Shown: positions 8,216-18,939 of the stretch, piece by piece
Layout of the letters: each line of letters starts with the position of its first letter
Position numbering within the stretch: position 1 is the first letter of the stretch
Translations under genes and position numbers: made by a program
Notes under the pieces: model-generated
What the model saw: only the letters and a program-made list of their open reading frames with translations
Told to the model about the DNA's origin: nothing
Database searches by the model: none
Origin: Candidatus Aenigmatarchaeota archaeon
GTDB taxonomy: Archaea; Aenigmatarchaeota; Aenigmatarchaeia; CG10238-14; SpSt-28
Assembly: GCA_020832825.1 (NCBI GenBank)
Contig: JAJHRL010000003.1
Location: 1-46,765, forward strand
Length of the DNA: 46,765 nucleotides
Direction: 5' to 3'

Positions 8216-9133
8216 TTAAACACCTATTAGACCTATTCTTGCTAAAAGCAAGTAAGATGCCATTATTATGCTTGCTAATATTAAGCAGTGTTTCAAACCA
8301 GCTCTGATAGAGCCTTCTGAAATCTGACCTGCCGCTAATCCAACAAAAATCGCTTGTATTAAAGAGAGGAAGAAGAAAATAGAAAAATAGTAAGGACTTC
8401 TGGATTTAAATCCAAAAACAGATTGTGTTAAAAGAGAGAAAAAATCGCATACGTTACATACAGCACCACTACAAGTAAGGCAAGGATCAAATAAACCCAT
8501 ACTGGTTCCTATTCCGATAAAATGTGGACTAGCAAAAATAGGTAGTAGGACTTTAGTTATCATTACTACTACTCCTAAGAAAATGAAGGAAATAACGTAC
8601 ATCATGAGAGTATACTGATTTAGTATTGATTTCCTCTCTTTTTCCATTTGTTGCAACATTTCTAACGATTCTGAAAGAGTGGTGAGAACTGCTAGCGTAT
8701 TTCCCCCTGAGATATAAGCTTCTCTCAATATTCTAAATGCTGTAGAAATCCTCTTATTCTTTCTCATCCTTTCAACAAACTTATCGAGCGCTTTATGGAT
8801 AGGAATATTCCAGCTTAATTGATTAGCAAGAAGTTTTATTTCGCTGCTTAAGCTTCCATAGTCATTTTTGCTAACAATTCTGATAGCTTGAGGTAGTGTC
8901 ACTCCGCTTCCTAGCGTTTCAGTTAAGTCACGCAAAAAAACTGGAAGTTTCTCCTCCATTTCCTTCCACTTTCTATAGTGTACGTATTCGAAAAACGCAA
9001 AGGTTGAGAAAGAAGCGAATATTGAGATGATAAGAAGATTTGCCAAAATTCCAACATCTTTTGAAAAATATCCGAGCAGAATTAGGATAGTAGAAACAAG
9101 GATAACCAATATTTTCACGTTTCTCTCATTCAT
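8216..9133 (-). CDS. Type II/IV secretion system F family platform protein (TadC/ArlJ-like)
   Basis: LPVFLRDL...SGVTLPQAI...DYGSLSSEI; multiple TM helices. Confidence 0.88.
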   Translation of the reverse strand: MNERNVKILVILVSTILILLGYFSKDVGILANLLIISIFASFSTFAFFEYVHYRKWKEMEEKLPVFLRDLTETLGSGVTLPQAIRIVSKNDYGSLSSEIKLLANQLSWNIPIHKALDKFVERMRKNKRISTAFRILREAYISGGNTLAVLTTLSESLEMLQQMEKERKSILNQYTLMMYVISFIFLGVVVMITKVLLPIFASPHFIGIGTSMGLFDPCLTCSGAVCNVCDFFSLLTQSVFGFKSRSPYYFSIFFFLSLIQAIFVGLAAGQISEGSIRAGLKHCLILASIIMASYLLLARIGLIGV

Positions 9134-9160
9134 AAGCTATATTTTTTGGCATAATTAAAT

Positions 9161-10030
9161 TTATTCCCAGAAAGGCTGAGCCCTTCGAACCATGAAGAGA
9201 AATAGAAGGGAAACTGCAGGTAAGAAAACAAAAATCATGAAGAGCTGTAGAGGTAAAATGTTTTGAAGGGTTCCAAGCGTTGAAACTATTGATGTCAAAA
9301 CAACAAAGAAAATGGTTCCAAGTATGACAGAGACTAAGTAGATTTCGGTATAGATTGTCATGCTGTGTGAAAACTCAGAAAGCTTTCTCTTGTAGTCTAA
9401 GAAAAAATCTGCAGTCTTCTCTTTGACAAAAATATAGACATTTCCACCACTTCTTATCGTCGATAAAATACCATATAAAAATTCCCTAAACTTTCTTGAT
9501 GGTGTTCTAGCTATTGCCCTTTCCAAAGCTGATAAAACATCTAGTCCGTAAAACTCGATATCATAAACAATCTTCCTAAACTCATCAACAACTGCATTTT
9601 TCTCACTAAATTCTGTAAAAGTATGAAATGCTTTATGTAAAGGTAAGCCAGAGCCAAGTATTGAGGAAAGATGGAGGGTAGAAAAGGGTAAAAAAGTGTC
9701 TATCTCCTTTTCTCTTTGCATAACAAGAGATTTGGGATACCTTATATAGATAAAGAAAACAAGAAGGGGTAACAAAGTGGCTAAAGTTACTGAAGTTAAG
9801 TAACCGAACAAGAAAGAGGCAGAAGCTAAAGATATAGAAAACGCCAGTATTGGCAATATGATTATAAACGTTAGCAAGGAAGCAAAAAACGCGTTAGCTA
9901 GGTATTCTTGAGAGGAAATTTTCAGGTTAGCTTTTTTTAAATCTTCTCTTAGCTCAGGAAAATACGGCTCTGCTTTTTTTGCCAAATCTCCAAAAAGTCT
10001 AAATGCATAGGTGGATATCATCCTACCCAC
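9161..10030 (-). CDS. Type II/IV secretion system F family platform protein (TadB/ArlJ-like)
   Basis: EIDTFLPFST...GLDVLSALERAIARTPSRKFREFLYG...SGGN. Confidence 0.88.
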   Translation of the reverse strand: MGRMISTYAFRLFGDLAKKAEPYFPELREDLKKANLKISSQEYLANAFFASLLTFIIILPILAFSISLASASFLFGYLTSVTLATLLPLLVFFIYIRYPKSLVMQREKEIDTFLPFSTLHLSSILGSGLPLHKAFHTFTEFSEKNAVVDEFRKIVYDIEFYGLDVLSALERAIARTPSRKFREFLYGILSTIRSGGNVYIFVKEKTADFFLDYKRKLSEFSHSMTIYTEIYLVSVILGTIFFVVLTSIVSTLGTLQNILPLQLFMIFVFLPAVSLLFLFMVRRAQPFWE

Positions 10031-11732
10031 TTTCTATTAGAGCCAAGACCCTATTTGGTGTTGAGTAATATGCAGAAAGAATGGCGTAAACTTCCTTAAA
10101 GTCTGTAATATTCTTTTCTTTCATCCATTTTAAAATGGCCACTCTTCTTTGAAATTCATCTAGAATTTCCTTCTCACTTAATCCGAAAGATTGTGAAATT
10201 CTTTTCAAAACTACACTTCTTTCCCCAATTTCAAACGTATCGTTAAATGGATTCCATTTAAATACATAATTAACAATTGGGTTCCTTTCCTCTTTAGGAA
10301 ATTCGATCATCTCTACCACTTCGGTTATTCTCCTTACAGATTTTTGTTTGTATTTAATTCTTTGTAAAAACACTATAATGTCCAAACTTCCAATGAGAGA
10401 ATGTGGAAGAGAAATAGGTGGTGATGTTAATCTATCTACTAGTTTACTAAGATTTTCTGCGTGAATAGTTGCAAGAGATGGATGTCCTGTAGCCATTTGT
10501 TGGAATAAAACATATGCCTCTTGACCTCTTACCTCTCCCAAAATAAGATAGTCTGGCCTTTGTCTTAAGCTTTCTTTAAGTAGTTGAAAGAGATCAATCT
10601 CGCCTTCTTTCCCTGTAGAAATTGGTGTTCGTGCTACATGAGAAACCCAGTGCGGATGTGGTAAAATTATTTCCGCTGTATCTTCGATAGAAACTATCTT
10701 TTTTTCGGGCCTTATGAACAAGGACAGAACGTTTAAGAGGGTTGTCTTCCCGCTCGCTGTACCCCCTGCCACTAGTATGCTTCTTCCGTAATCAACAACT
10801 AACCAAAGATATGCTAATATTCTCTCATCAGCTGTACCATAGTTAATTAAATGGATTGGAGTTAGTGGCTCTTCTGAAAATTTCCTTATTGTAAAGTTAC
10901 TTCCTCTTCTTGCTATATCTGTTGCTAGTGTTGCTTGCAGTCTTGAGCCATCTGGCAGAGTACCGCTAACCAAGGGTTGGGAAATCGACACACTCTTTCC
11001 TGCAAGCTGCGCCAATTTTATAACAAAAGAATCCAGCTCATCCGGATCGCTGAAAACTATGTTTGTTGGAATAGAGCCAATTCGAGGATCCCTATGAAAA
11101 ACAAAAACAGGTATGTCTAATCCGTCACAGCTTATATCCTCGATATTAGGATCTTTCATTAATGGCTCGATTCTACCTAAGCCAAGAAAATCTCTCTCTA
11201 TGTAATACCTCACAACTTCAATTTCCTCTGCTGTAAGTTTAAATTTAAAGTATCTAATGATATCCTCAATTTGTTTTTTCAGGTATTCCTTAGCTCTCAT
11301 TAGATTCAACTTAGATAGGTCAACATCCAGCCTCTGCTCTAATAGCTCTTTTATCCTTTTAATCGTTTCCTTCATTTTATCATTTAGTTTTGGTTCAACC
11401 AGTTCGTAGAAGTAGGTTTGTCTCCTTCGATCCCAATATATTTTAGCAAATGCAAATATTTTCTCGCCTTCCTTTGGACTTCTAGGAATCAAAGGATAGG
11501 AAAGAGAAACTTCTTCTGGCTGAGGTTGAGGTGAAGGTGGTATTATCCTGAGTTGTCTTGGAATGGCTATGCCTTCGATTTCTTTCTTCTCTTTATCTTC
11601 CTTTTCTTCACTCATGATTGAAACGACGGGTTGTAGAGGAGGTAGTTGTGTTTCTAACTTTTCTTCTGATCTGCTTGAAATTTTCTTCCACCCTTCTGTC
11701 GCTTTCTTAAAAATTTTCCTAGCTAATCTCAT
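10023..11732 (-). CDS. Type IV pilus assembly ATPase (ArlI/TadA/VirB11 family)
   Basis: DPNIEDISCDG, Walker A GGTASGKTT, SIEDTAE, LRQRPDYLILGEVRG, TGH. Confidence 0.95.
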   Translation of the reverse strand: MRLARKIFKKATEGWKKISSRSEEKLETQLPPLQPVVSIMSEEKEDKEKKEIEGIAIPRQLRIIPPSPQPQPEEVSLSYPLIPRSPKEGEKIFAFAKIYWDRRRQTYFYELVEPKLNDKMKETIKRIKELLEQRLDVDLSKLNLMRAKEYLKKQIEDIIRYFKFKLTAEEIEVVRYYIERDFLGLGRIEPLMKDPNIEDISCDGLDIPVFVFHRDPRIGSIPTNIVFSDPDELDSFVIKLAQLAGKSVSISQPLVSGTLPDGSRLQATLATDIARRGSNFTIRKFSEEPLTPIHLINYGTADERILAYLWLVVDYGRSILVAGGTASGKTTLLNVLSLFIRPEKKIVSIEDTAEIILPHPHWVSHVARTPISTGKEGEIDLFQLLKESLRQRPDYLILGEVRGQEAYVLFQQMATGHPSLATIHAENLSKLVDRLTSPPISLPHSLIGSLDIIVFLQRIKYKQKSVRRITEVVEMIEFPKEERNPIVNYVFKWNPFNDTFEIGERSVVLKRISQSFGLSEKEILDEFQRRVAILKWMKEKNITDFKEVYAILSAYYSTPNRVLALIESG

Positions 11733-12191
11733 TTAACCCCCTATTTTGAATTTGACTTCAGTTTTATTAAAGAAAATGGGAAGTGGGGATGCTCCTGTTA
11801 GGTTATAAAGTGAAGAAGACATCCCTGTCGAATAGAAGCCAAGAAATTCTGCCGTGTAATTCAGATTGTGTACCGATGAAGAGCTCTGTTTTTGAGTTGG
11901 TGTGCTTCTGATGTAGATCATATCACTTGCTGCAACTACTTCATGAAAATTATCAAAAACTTTGTAAGGTATCCAATATGTTGCATTAGAATAGTTACAG
12001 TATTTGCAATTTGCATAGGTAGTTATGAGAGAACCAGAAATGTAAGAAGTAAATAACTCGCGAAAAGAAGAGAGAAGTCTGTCTTGGGAAGAATAAGAAA
12101 AGTAGAAAATATAACTTGAAACGAGCGAAAAAATAGAAAGAGAAATTAAAAGGAGGAGCACAAACTGAATAACTTGAGTTTGCGACTTCAT
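11733..12191 (-). CDS. Type IV pilin-like protein
   Basis: MKS|Q class III-like signal then hydrophobic helix; inside the pilus operon. Confidence 0.6.
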   Translation of the reverse strand: MKSQTQVIQFVLLLLISLSIFSLVSSYIFYFSYSSQDRLLSSFRELFTSYISGSLITTYANCKYCNYSNATYWIPYKVFDNFHEVVAASDMIYIRSTPTQKQSSSSVHNLNYTAEFLGFYSTGMSSSLYNLTGASPLPIFFNKTEVKFKIGG

Positions 12192-12817
12192 GATATTTCT
12201 ATTTTTAATTTTATAATTGTGCTATTTAACATTCTTTCCGTGCTAATTCTACTTATTCGAATTGTCTTTCCTGTCCTTCTTATAACTCCTATCGGAGAAA
12301 ATAATTGTAGTGAATAAATTTCACCAGCTATAGAAGTTAGATTCCGAAGAAAAAGAAAGTAAGTTATGTTAAAACCGTCATAAAGAGGAGTTCCAGAAAG
12401 GCAGATAACAGAGAAAGAATCTTTTCCCGCAATACCTCCCGATGGCGGGCAACTCGCACCCGGAGTTAATGAAATTGGTTGTTGCGTATTGATATTCGTT
12501 ACCCTTGAAAAAAAAGAAAAGACAATAGAATTGTTGAGAGGAGAGGGATCATCAAAAGGGTGAATTTCCCACACGCCTTGAGCATCCAAAGTTAAAACTT
12601 CTGTAGAGCCTGTAGCTGCAACAGACTCTATTTTTCTCGGTAAAGAAGATGGATTATAATAATTGAAAAAACTGATTACCCTTTCAAGTGTTGATTTATC
12701 TTGAGATTTCTGTAAGAGAGGTAAACCATACATGTAAGCTGCAGAAATTAAACCGATAGAAATGGCTATTATCATAACAACAGAAACTATCTCTGAGATT
12801 GCCTTTATCTTAATCAC
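12188..12817 (-). CDS. Archaeal type IV pilin
   Basis: KIKA|ISEIVSVVMIIAISIGLISAAY, a typical archaeal pilin N-terminus. Confidence 0.75.
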   Translation of the reverse strand: MIKIKAISEIVSVVMIIAISIGLISAAYMYGLPLLQKSQDKSTLERVISFFNYYNPSSLPRKIESVAATGSTEVLTLDAQGVWEIHPFDDPSPLNNSIVFSFFSRVTNINTQQPISLTPGASCPPSGGIAGKDSFSVICLSGTPLYDGFNITYFLFLRNLTSIAGEIYSLQLFSPIGVIRRTGKTIRISRISTERMLNSTIIKLKIEIS

Positions 12818-12821
12818 CTAT

Positions 12822-13295
12822 TCACTGCGTAGTTTTAAGAGGAAAAGGAGGTTTAGGTGGTGGTAAAGGCCTTGCCAGCTTTCTTGAAATCTCCTCTAGT
12901 AAAGATATTAATGTCTCATTGTTTTCCAGTATTTTGTTGTTAATTTCTGTAAGTTTCTCGATTTTTTCTATAAGTGGTTTACTCTCAAGCTGAGGTTTTG
13001 CCTCTTCTTCCCCTGCACTCTTTATAAGTTCTATAAGCTCGTCGAGCTTCTTTACCAACTCCTCTAGTTTTAATGGAAGTTTAGAAAGCTCTATTCTCAA
13101 AGCATCATTAGCTTTTATTAAAGCATCTACAATCTCCTGATTCATTCTAATAATCTGGATAATCTCCTTGTAAAGCTCTCTCTCATTTATAGAAGCTTTT
13201 TTCTCTAATTCCTCGATTCTTTTCTCCAATCTCCTCAATGGAGTCACAGGAATTAATTCAAACTCTTCTTGCTTTTTTTCAACCTCAGTCTCCAT
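12822..13295 (-). CDS. Coiled-coil hypothetical protein heading the pilus operon
   Basis: Heptad-rich, Pro-rich C-tail, stop 4 nt from the pilin start. Confidence 0.7.
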   Translation of the reverse strand: METEVEKKQEEFELIPVTPLRRLEKRIEELEKKASINERELYKEIIQIIRMNQEIVDALIKANDALRIELSKLPLKLEELVKKLDELIELIKSAGEEEAKPQLESKPLIEKIEKLTEINNKILENNETLISLLEEISRKLARPLPPPKPPFPLKTTQ

Positions 13296-13378
13296 ACTCT
13301 TAATTGATTTGAATTATTTAAATGTTCTTCTCTCTAATTTCTAACCCCGTAACCTCAAAAAAGAAAAAAGGAAAAAGA

Positions 13379-15034
13379 CTAGTATTCTTCACTTGGCGTC
13401 TCCGTCTTCTTTCCTTTCTCTTTTTCTTCTTTTCCTATTCTGCTCGCAGCTATAACATCATCTATCCTTAATATCATCTCTGCAGCCTCTGCAGCACTTT
13501 TTATTGCCTGGGATTTCACTTTAAGAGGTTCTATTATTCCTGCTTCCAATGCATCAACAATCTTTCCTGAAAAAACATCTATTCCATAATTTATTTTGCC
13601 TTGCTCATGAGCCGCTCTCAACTCGACAAGAATATCTATAGGATCTAAACCAGCATTCTCTGCCAGCGTCCTTGGAACTATTTCTAAAGCGTTCGCAAAT
13701 TCCTGAATGGCTAACTGCTCTCTTCCTGAGAACTTTTCTGCAAATTCTCTTATCCTTCTTGCTAACTCTGCTTCAATCGCTCCTGCACCCGGAACTATTT
13801 TACCACTTTCCAGAGCCGATACTAATGCTCCTATTCCATCTTCAACATTTCTGTCAATTTCATCAACCACATGCTCTGTGCTCCCTCTTACAAGAATTGT
13901 TACTGCTTTTGGATTCTTGCATCCCATAACAAAGGTCATTGCTTCTCCTGCAATCTTTCTTTCTTCAACCAACTCAGCATAACCTAAGTCTTTTTCTGTT
14001 AGATCATCTAGATTGCTAACTATTCTTGCTCCTGTAGCCTTTGCTAAAGCTTCTAAATCAGAACGCTTTATTCTTCTGCAAGCAGCTATTCCTTTCTTTG
14101 CTAAGTAATGCTGGGCCAAATCATCAATTCCTTTCTCACAAAATACAACATTGGCTCCAACTGCAGCTATTTTATTTACCATCTCTCTTAACATTTTCTG
14201 TTCCTGCTCTAAGAAGGCTTGTAACTGTTCTGGTGATGTTATCCTGATTTGAGCATCTGTTTCTGTTTTTTCTATTTCAAGTGGACAATCTAGTAAAGCT
14301 ATCTTCGCATTCTTAATTGTCTTTGGCATTTGTGGATGAACTATTTCTTTGTCAACAATTATTCCTCTTACTAACTGCGTTTCTTCGACAGAAGCCCCAT
14401 GTTTTTTAACCCTTTTTATATTGTCTTTATCAATCTTTAACTTACCATTTTTCACTTCTGCCACAGTTCTAACAGCTTCTATAATTAGCTCTGCAATCTT
14501 TGGTGCAGCCTCTTTTCCCGATTTTCCGGACATAGAAGTAACAACTATTTTTTTCAAAGTTTCTGTATCATCAATCTTAATTGGAATAGCTAGTTCATCT
14601 AAAACTCTCAGTGCTTCTTCCTTGGCCAATTGATAACCTTTAGTTATCACTGTAGGATGAATTTCTTGATCTAAAAGCGTTTCCGCTCTTTTCAAAAGCT
14701 CTCCTGCAAGAATTACTGCCGTTGTTGTTCCATCTCCAACTTCCTCATTTTGTGTTTTAGCCACTTCTACCATCATTTTTGCTGCTGGATGTTCGACTTC
14801 CATTTCTTCTAGAATTGTTACTCCGTCGTTTGTTATCGTTATGTCGCCTATTGAATCTACTAGCATTTTATCCATTCCTTTTGGTCCTAGTGTTGTCCTA
14901 ACTATGTCAGCTACTGCCTTAGCTGCCGCTATGTTAGCCTTCTGAGCATCTCTTCCTGTTGATCTAACTGTACCCTCTGGCAATATTAATACTGGTTGTC
15001 CTCCTATTTGAGCCAAGTAAGCTTGTTGAGGCAT
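13379..15034 (-). CDS. ths: Thermosome subunit (group II chaperonin)
   Basis: [32 protein letters not shown]. Confidence 0.97.
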   Translation of the reverse strand: MPQQAYLAQIGGQPVLILPEGTVRSTGRDAQKANIAAAKAVADIVRTTLGPKGMDKMLVDSIGDITITNDGVTILEEMEVEHPAAKMMVEVAKTQNEEVGDGTTTAVILAGELLKRAETLLDQEIHPTVITKGYQLAKEEALRVLDELAIPIKIDDTETLKKIVVTSMSGKSGKEAAPKIAELIIEAVRTVAEVKNGKLKIDKDNIKRVKKHGASVEETQLVRGIIVDKEIVHPQMPKTIKNAKIALLDCPLEIEKTETDAQIRITSPEQLQAFLEQEQKMLREMVNKIAAVGANVVFCEKGIDDLAQHYLAKKGIAACRRIKRSDLEALAKATGARIVSNLDDLTEKDLGYAELVEERKIAGEAMTFVMGCKNPKAVTILVRGSTEHVVDEIDRNVEDGIGALVSALESGKIVPGAGAIEAELARRIREFAEKFSGREQLAIQEFANALEIVPRTLAENAGLDPIDILVELRAAHEQGKINYGIDVFSGKIVDALEAGIIEPLKVKSQAIKSAAEAAEMILRIDDVIAASRIGKEEKEKGKKTETPSEEY

Positions 15035-15122
15035 TTTATCACCCTAGATAAGCGTAAGCGAGTTTTAAACACTATTATTATTATCCCTTAAAAACTTTAA
15101 AAGTTTAAGCCCAATCATTCAC

Positions 15123-15407
15123 ATGGACTTCTATAAAATGAGGAAAGTAGGATCTATAGGAAAAGAGGATACTAAGTTTTCTTTAGTAGGTAGGATTAAA
15201 GAAGTAGAAAATAATCGCTTTATTCTTGAAGATGAAACTGGTGAAATAAGTATTATCAGTAATTTTAAAGTCAAAGCTGGTGAGCTAGTAAGAGTTTTCT
15301 GTAGGAAAATTGATGACGAGATAATTGCGGACTTCATTCAGAGTATGGAAGGTTTGGACTGGGAACTATGGAAAAAGGTAGAAAGTTTATATTTAAAGCT
15401 CTTATAA
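15123..15407 (+). CDS. Small single OB-fold protein (RPA14/RPA3-like)
   Basis: SLVGRI...FILEDETGEI...GELVRVF plus C-terminal helix; directly upstream of PCNA. Confidence 0.7.
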   Translation: MDFYKMRKVGSIGKEDTKFSLVGRIKEVENNRFILEDETGEISIISNFKVKAGELVRVFCRKIDDEIIADFIQSMEGLDWELWKKVESLYLKLL

Positions 15408-15426
15408 CTAGATTTATGGTGAGAAA

Positions 15427-16170
15427 ATGAAAGCAACTATTGCCGAACCTGAGGTGTTAATAACAACAATTGCAACAGCCGCAGAAATAATTGACGAAGG
15501 TATACTAAAATTTGGAAAAGAGGGAATTAGTCTAACAGCAGCTGATAGAGCAATGGTTGCTGTTATAGATTTGCTGATATCAAAAGATGCATTTGAAGAG
15601 TACAATGTAGAAGAGGAGAAGGAAATAGGATTGAATATGACAAACTTTCTCTCCCTTCTAAAAAGAGCTAGAGGCTCGGAGAAAATTAGCCTAGAGTTAG
15701 TGGAAAACAAAATGCTTCTTACAATTCACAATGGAGTTAAAAGAAGATTTGTTGTTCCTTTATTACAGTTAACAAGAGAAGAAATACCTCCTATAGAACA
15801 GCTAGAATTTAAGGTAGTTGCAACGTTAAAGCCTGATGTTTTGGAAGATGCTATTAAGGATGCAAGCGTAATAACTGACGCTATAACCTTTCAAGCCACT
15901 AAAGAATATTTTAAAATATCGGCAGAAGGAGATGTTAGTCAAACAGAAATTGAATTGAGAGAAGGAGATGAAGGTCTCATAGATCTACAAGTCAAAGAGG
16001 AAAGTAAAGCAAAATATCCCCTCGACTACCTTGAAAAAATACTAAAGGCTGCGAAAATTGCAGATGAAGTAACATTAAAGTTTGCACAAGATTACCCAAT
16101 GAGACTCGATTTTAAGTATGAAGGTAAGGCAAGGATATCTATGGTTGTGGCGCCACGAGTTAGCGAGTAA
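15427..16170 (+). CDS. pcn: PCNA sliding clamp
   Basis: AADRAMVAVIDL, IGLN, KYPLDYL, DYPMRL, VAPRVSE; 247 aa. Confidence 0.95.
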   Translation: MKATIAEPEVLITTIATAAEIIDEGILKFGKEGISLTAADRAMVAVIDLLISKDAFEEYNVEEEKEIGLNMTNFLSLLKRARGSEKISLELVENKMLLTIHNGVKRRFVVPLLQLTREEIPPIEQLEFKVVATLKPDVLEDAIKDASVITDAITFQATKEYFKISAEGDVSQTEIELREGDEGLIDLQVKEESKAKYPLDYLEKILKAAKIADEVTLKFAQDYPMRLDFKYEGKARISMVVAPRVSE

Positions 16171-16173
16171 AGA

Positions 16174-16287
16174 TTATTGTTGCTGTTTGAACCTACAAAT
16201 AGCAATGTGCTTGAGAAAACCTATGTAAATAGGTTTTCCGCAGTATGGACAAACCCCCTCGGGTTCCGGTAATTTTTCTTTAGTCAT
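16174..16287 (-). CDS. 37-aa C2HC zinc-finger microprotein (not in ORF track; alternative start 16308)
   Basis: MTKEKLPEPEGVCPYCGKPIYIGFLKHIAICRFKQQQ*, G-rich SD-like GGTGGGGG upstream, fills the gap between HIT and PCNA. Confidence 0.65.
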   Translation of the reverse strand: MTKEKLPEPEGVCPYCGKPIYIGFLKHIAICRFKQQQ

Positions 16288-16320
16288 TATACAACCCCCA
16301 CCGCTCATACCAATTTTACA

Positions 16321-16806
16321 TTAGGCAATCTGCCAATCTCTTTTAAGCCAAAAAATTTCTTCCTCGCTTCTATCTCTGCTTTCTTTTGCGGTTTCTGTTT
16401 TTTGCACAACTTCTCCTTCCATACTATTTCTAATTGTCTCTGCAAGCCTCTCCAATTCCTCTTTTTTTACTTCTACAGGCTTGTTTTCTATTAGTGGAAT
16501 TTCGTTCTCAAAATAAGGATAAATTCTTAGATGCAAATGCTCAACGTGAGAAGGTAAATATGCAATAGCTATGGCTTTCGGAGAAAGAGCCCTCATTATG
16601 GCTCGTGCGATTTTTATGCAAGTAAGGAAGAGTCTTCCTGATAAATCCTCGTCTTCATCAAGGCTTTTAACATGTTTCTTAGGAATAACAAGCGTCATTC
16701 CTTTACTTCTAGGATAGATGTCTAGAAAAGCAACAAAATTTTCATCTTCATAAACTATCTTGCTTGAGATTTCTTTTCTAGCTATTTTACAAAAATGACA
16801 TTCCAT
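16321..16806 (-). CDS. HIT family protein
   Basis: CHFCKI, VYEDE, AFLDIYP, LVIPKKH; HIT motif reads HLHLR. Confidence 0.88.
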   Translation of the reverse strand: MECHFCKIARKEISSKIVYEDENFVAFLDIYPRSKGMTLVIPKKHVKSLDEDEDLSGRLFLTCIKIARAIMRALSPKAIAIAYLPSHVEHLHLRIYPYFENEIPLIENKPVEVKKEELERLAETIRNSMEGEVVQKTETAKESRDRSEEEIFWLKRDWQIA

Positions 16807-16898
16807 AATCTGGTTTTAAACTTTGAGTTTAAGAATATTGTTGACTTAAATTTAAAGGTATAAATTAAAGCATAGAAATAAAAATCATCGGTGATCAA

Positions 16899-17876
16899 AT
16901 GCCGGACATAAAAAAACCACGAGAGGGAAGCCTCGCGTTTTACCCTAGGAAGAGAGCTGCAAGAATCTATCCAAACATAGATACTTATCCTTCTTTAGAT
17001 AAAACCATTCCCCTTGCCTTTGCTGCCTATAAGGTTGGAATGGGGCATGTAATTGCTTTAGATAACAGGAAAACTTCACCAACTTATGGACTTCAAATTT
17101 CAATCCCTGTAACCGTTCTAGAGGCGCCTCCTCTCAAAGTTATTGGTGTTAGAATATACCAAAAAACGATAAAAGGTTTGAAGGCCTTAACAGAAGTATA
17201 CGCCAAAGAATTACCCAAGGAGCTAGAGAGAAAAGTAAAAATTAATTCTAACTATTCTGATGGAAAAATTGAAGAAATGAAAAAATTGGTTGATAAGATT
17301 TCGAATGTAAGACTGATAGTTGCAACACAACCGAAAAAAGCTGGAATTGGAAAGAAAAAACCGGAAGTTTTTGAAATTGAAATTGGGGGGAAAGATGCAA
17401 AAGAAAAAATCGAGTATGCGCTAAGCCTTTTAGGAAAGGAGATCTCTGTAAGCGAGATTTTTAAAGAAGGGGAAATAGTCGACGTTATAGCTGTTACAAA
17501 GGGTAAGGGAACTCAGGGTCCTGTAAAAAGATTTGGTGTTAAAATTCAAGGAAGAAAGGCAAAAGAAAAGAGAAGACATGTAGGAAGCTTAGGCCAAGAA
17601 AGACCAGGCAAAGTCAGGTGGACTGTTCCTATGGCAGGTCAAATGGGTTTTCAAACGAGAACAGAGTTAAACAAGAGAATCGTTAAACTTGGTAATGGAA
17701 ATGAGATAAATCCAAAAGGAGGATTTAAAAGGTATGGAATTATAAAGTCTTCTTTCATTCTTATAGAAGGTTCTGTGCCAGGAAGTAAAAAAAGATTAAT
17801 TATGATAAGAAAAGCAATTAGATCTAAAGAGCCGCCTGTACTACCTTATGAGGTGAAAAGGATAGAGGTGGGATAA
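16899..17876 (+). CDS. rpl3: 50S ribosomal protein L3 (uL3)
   Basis: PREGSLAFYPRKRA, YKVGM, TKGKGTQGPVKRFG, AGQMGFQTRTE. Confidence 0.97.
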   Translation: MPDIKKPREGSLAFYPRKRAARIYPNIDTYPSLDKTIPLAFAAYKVGMGHVIALDNRKTSPTYGLQISIPVTVLEAPPLKVIGVRIYQKTIKGLKALTEVYAKELPKELERKVKINSNYSDGKIEEMKKLVDKISNVRLIVATQPKKAGIGKKKPEVFEIEIGGKDAKEKIEYALSLLGKEISVSEIFKEGEIVDVIAVTKGKGTQGPVKRFGVKIQGRKAKEKRRHVGSLGQERPGKVRWTVPMAGQMGFQTRTELNKRIVKLGNGNEINPKGGFKRYGIIKSSFILIEGSVPGSKKRLIMIRKAIRSKEPPVLPYEVKRIEVG

Positions 17877-17877
17877 A

Positions 17878-18684
17878 ATGGTTAGTGTTTTTGGAATAGA
17901 TGGGAGGGAAATTGAAAAAATTGAACTACCAAAAGTGTTTAATCAACCTGTAAGAGAAGATTTGATACTAAGAGCTTTTCTGGCTATTCAAAGCCATAAA
18001 AGACAGCCTTACGGGCCAAATGAGCTCTCTGGAATGAGAACTTCTGCCCATTATCATGGGAAGAGACGCTCTAGGTATACAATGATGAACAGAGAAATAG
18101 CAAGACATCAAAGATTACACAGCAAAACTGTTCCTTTCCTATTTTGGCAAGCAAGAGTTGCTCCTCAAACTAAAGGAGGTAGGCCAGGACATCCGCCCAA
18201 GCCAGAAAAAGATTGGTATCAAAAAATTAACAAGAAAGAAAGGATAAAAGCAATAATTTCTGCAATAGCTGCTACGTCTCTGAAAGAATTCGTAAAAGCC
18301 AGAGGACATAATGTAGATGAGATAAAAGAATTACCAATAGTCGTTGATGATAAACTTGAAGAAATCAAAAAAACCAAGGAAATTGTGGAATTTTTAGAGA
18401 AAATTGGATTGAAAAAAGAATTAGAAAGAGTTAAAAAGAAGAAAGTTAGAGCAGGCAAGGGAAAAATGAGAGGTAGAAAATACAAGAAAAAAGTTGGAAT
18501 TTTGTTTGTGGTTAACGAAGATAGAGGAATAGGTAAGGCTGTTAGAAATTTACCAGGATGCGAAGTGGTACTAGCTAAGGATTTATCTGTTGAACAACTA
18601 GCTCCTGGTGGCAAACCTGGTAGATTGACGATTTTCACAAAATCGGCAATTTTAAAACTGGGTGAAAAATATGGATCCTTTTAA
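17878..18684 (+). CDS. rpl4: 50S ribosomal protein L4 (uL4)
   Basis: [35 protein letters not shown]. Confidence 0.96.
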   Translation: MVSVFGIDGREIEKIELPKVFNQPVREDLILRAFLAIQSHKRQPYGPNELSGMRTSAHYHGKRRSRYTMMNREIARHQRLHSKTVPFLFWQARVAPQTKGGRPGHPPKPEKDWYQKINKKERIKAIISAIAATSLKEFVKARGHNVDEIKELPIVVDDKLEEIKKTKEIVEFLEKIGLKKELERVKKKKVRAGKGKMRGRKYKKKVGILFVVNEDRGIGKAVRNLPGCEVVLAKDLSVEQLAPGGKPGRLTIFTKSAILKLGEKYGSF

Positions 18685-18931
18685 AGTTCTTCTATATCCA
18701 CTGATAACAGAAAAGACTGTTGGAATGATTGAAAGAGAAAACAAAATAGTTTTTATCGTAGATAGAAGAGCGAACAAACAACAAATAAAGGAAGCATTTG
18801 AAAAACTTTTCGGAGTTAAAGTTGAAAAAGTGAATACCTTAATAACAAGAGATGGAAAGAAAAAAGCGTTTATAAAATTGAAGAAAGAATTTAAGGCAAG
18901 TGATGTAGCTGTTAAATTGGGGATATTGTAG
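18671..18931 (+). CDS. rpl23: 50S ribosomal protein L23 (uL23)
   Basis: PLITEK, ANKQQIK, KVNTL, KKAFIKL; SD GGTGA before ATG 18671. Confidence 0.96.
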   Translation: MDPFKVLLYPLITEKTVGMIERENKIVFIVDRRANKQQIKEAFEKLFGVKVEKVNTLITRDGKKKAFIKLKKEFKASDVAVKLGIL

Positions 18932-18939
18932 GTGGTTGA

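Noticed and set aside
6520-13295. Archaellum operon
   Set aside because: No archaellin, ArlF/G or ArlH; two separate platform genes fit a pilus instead
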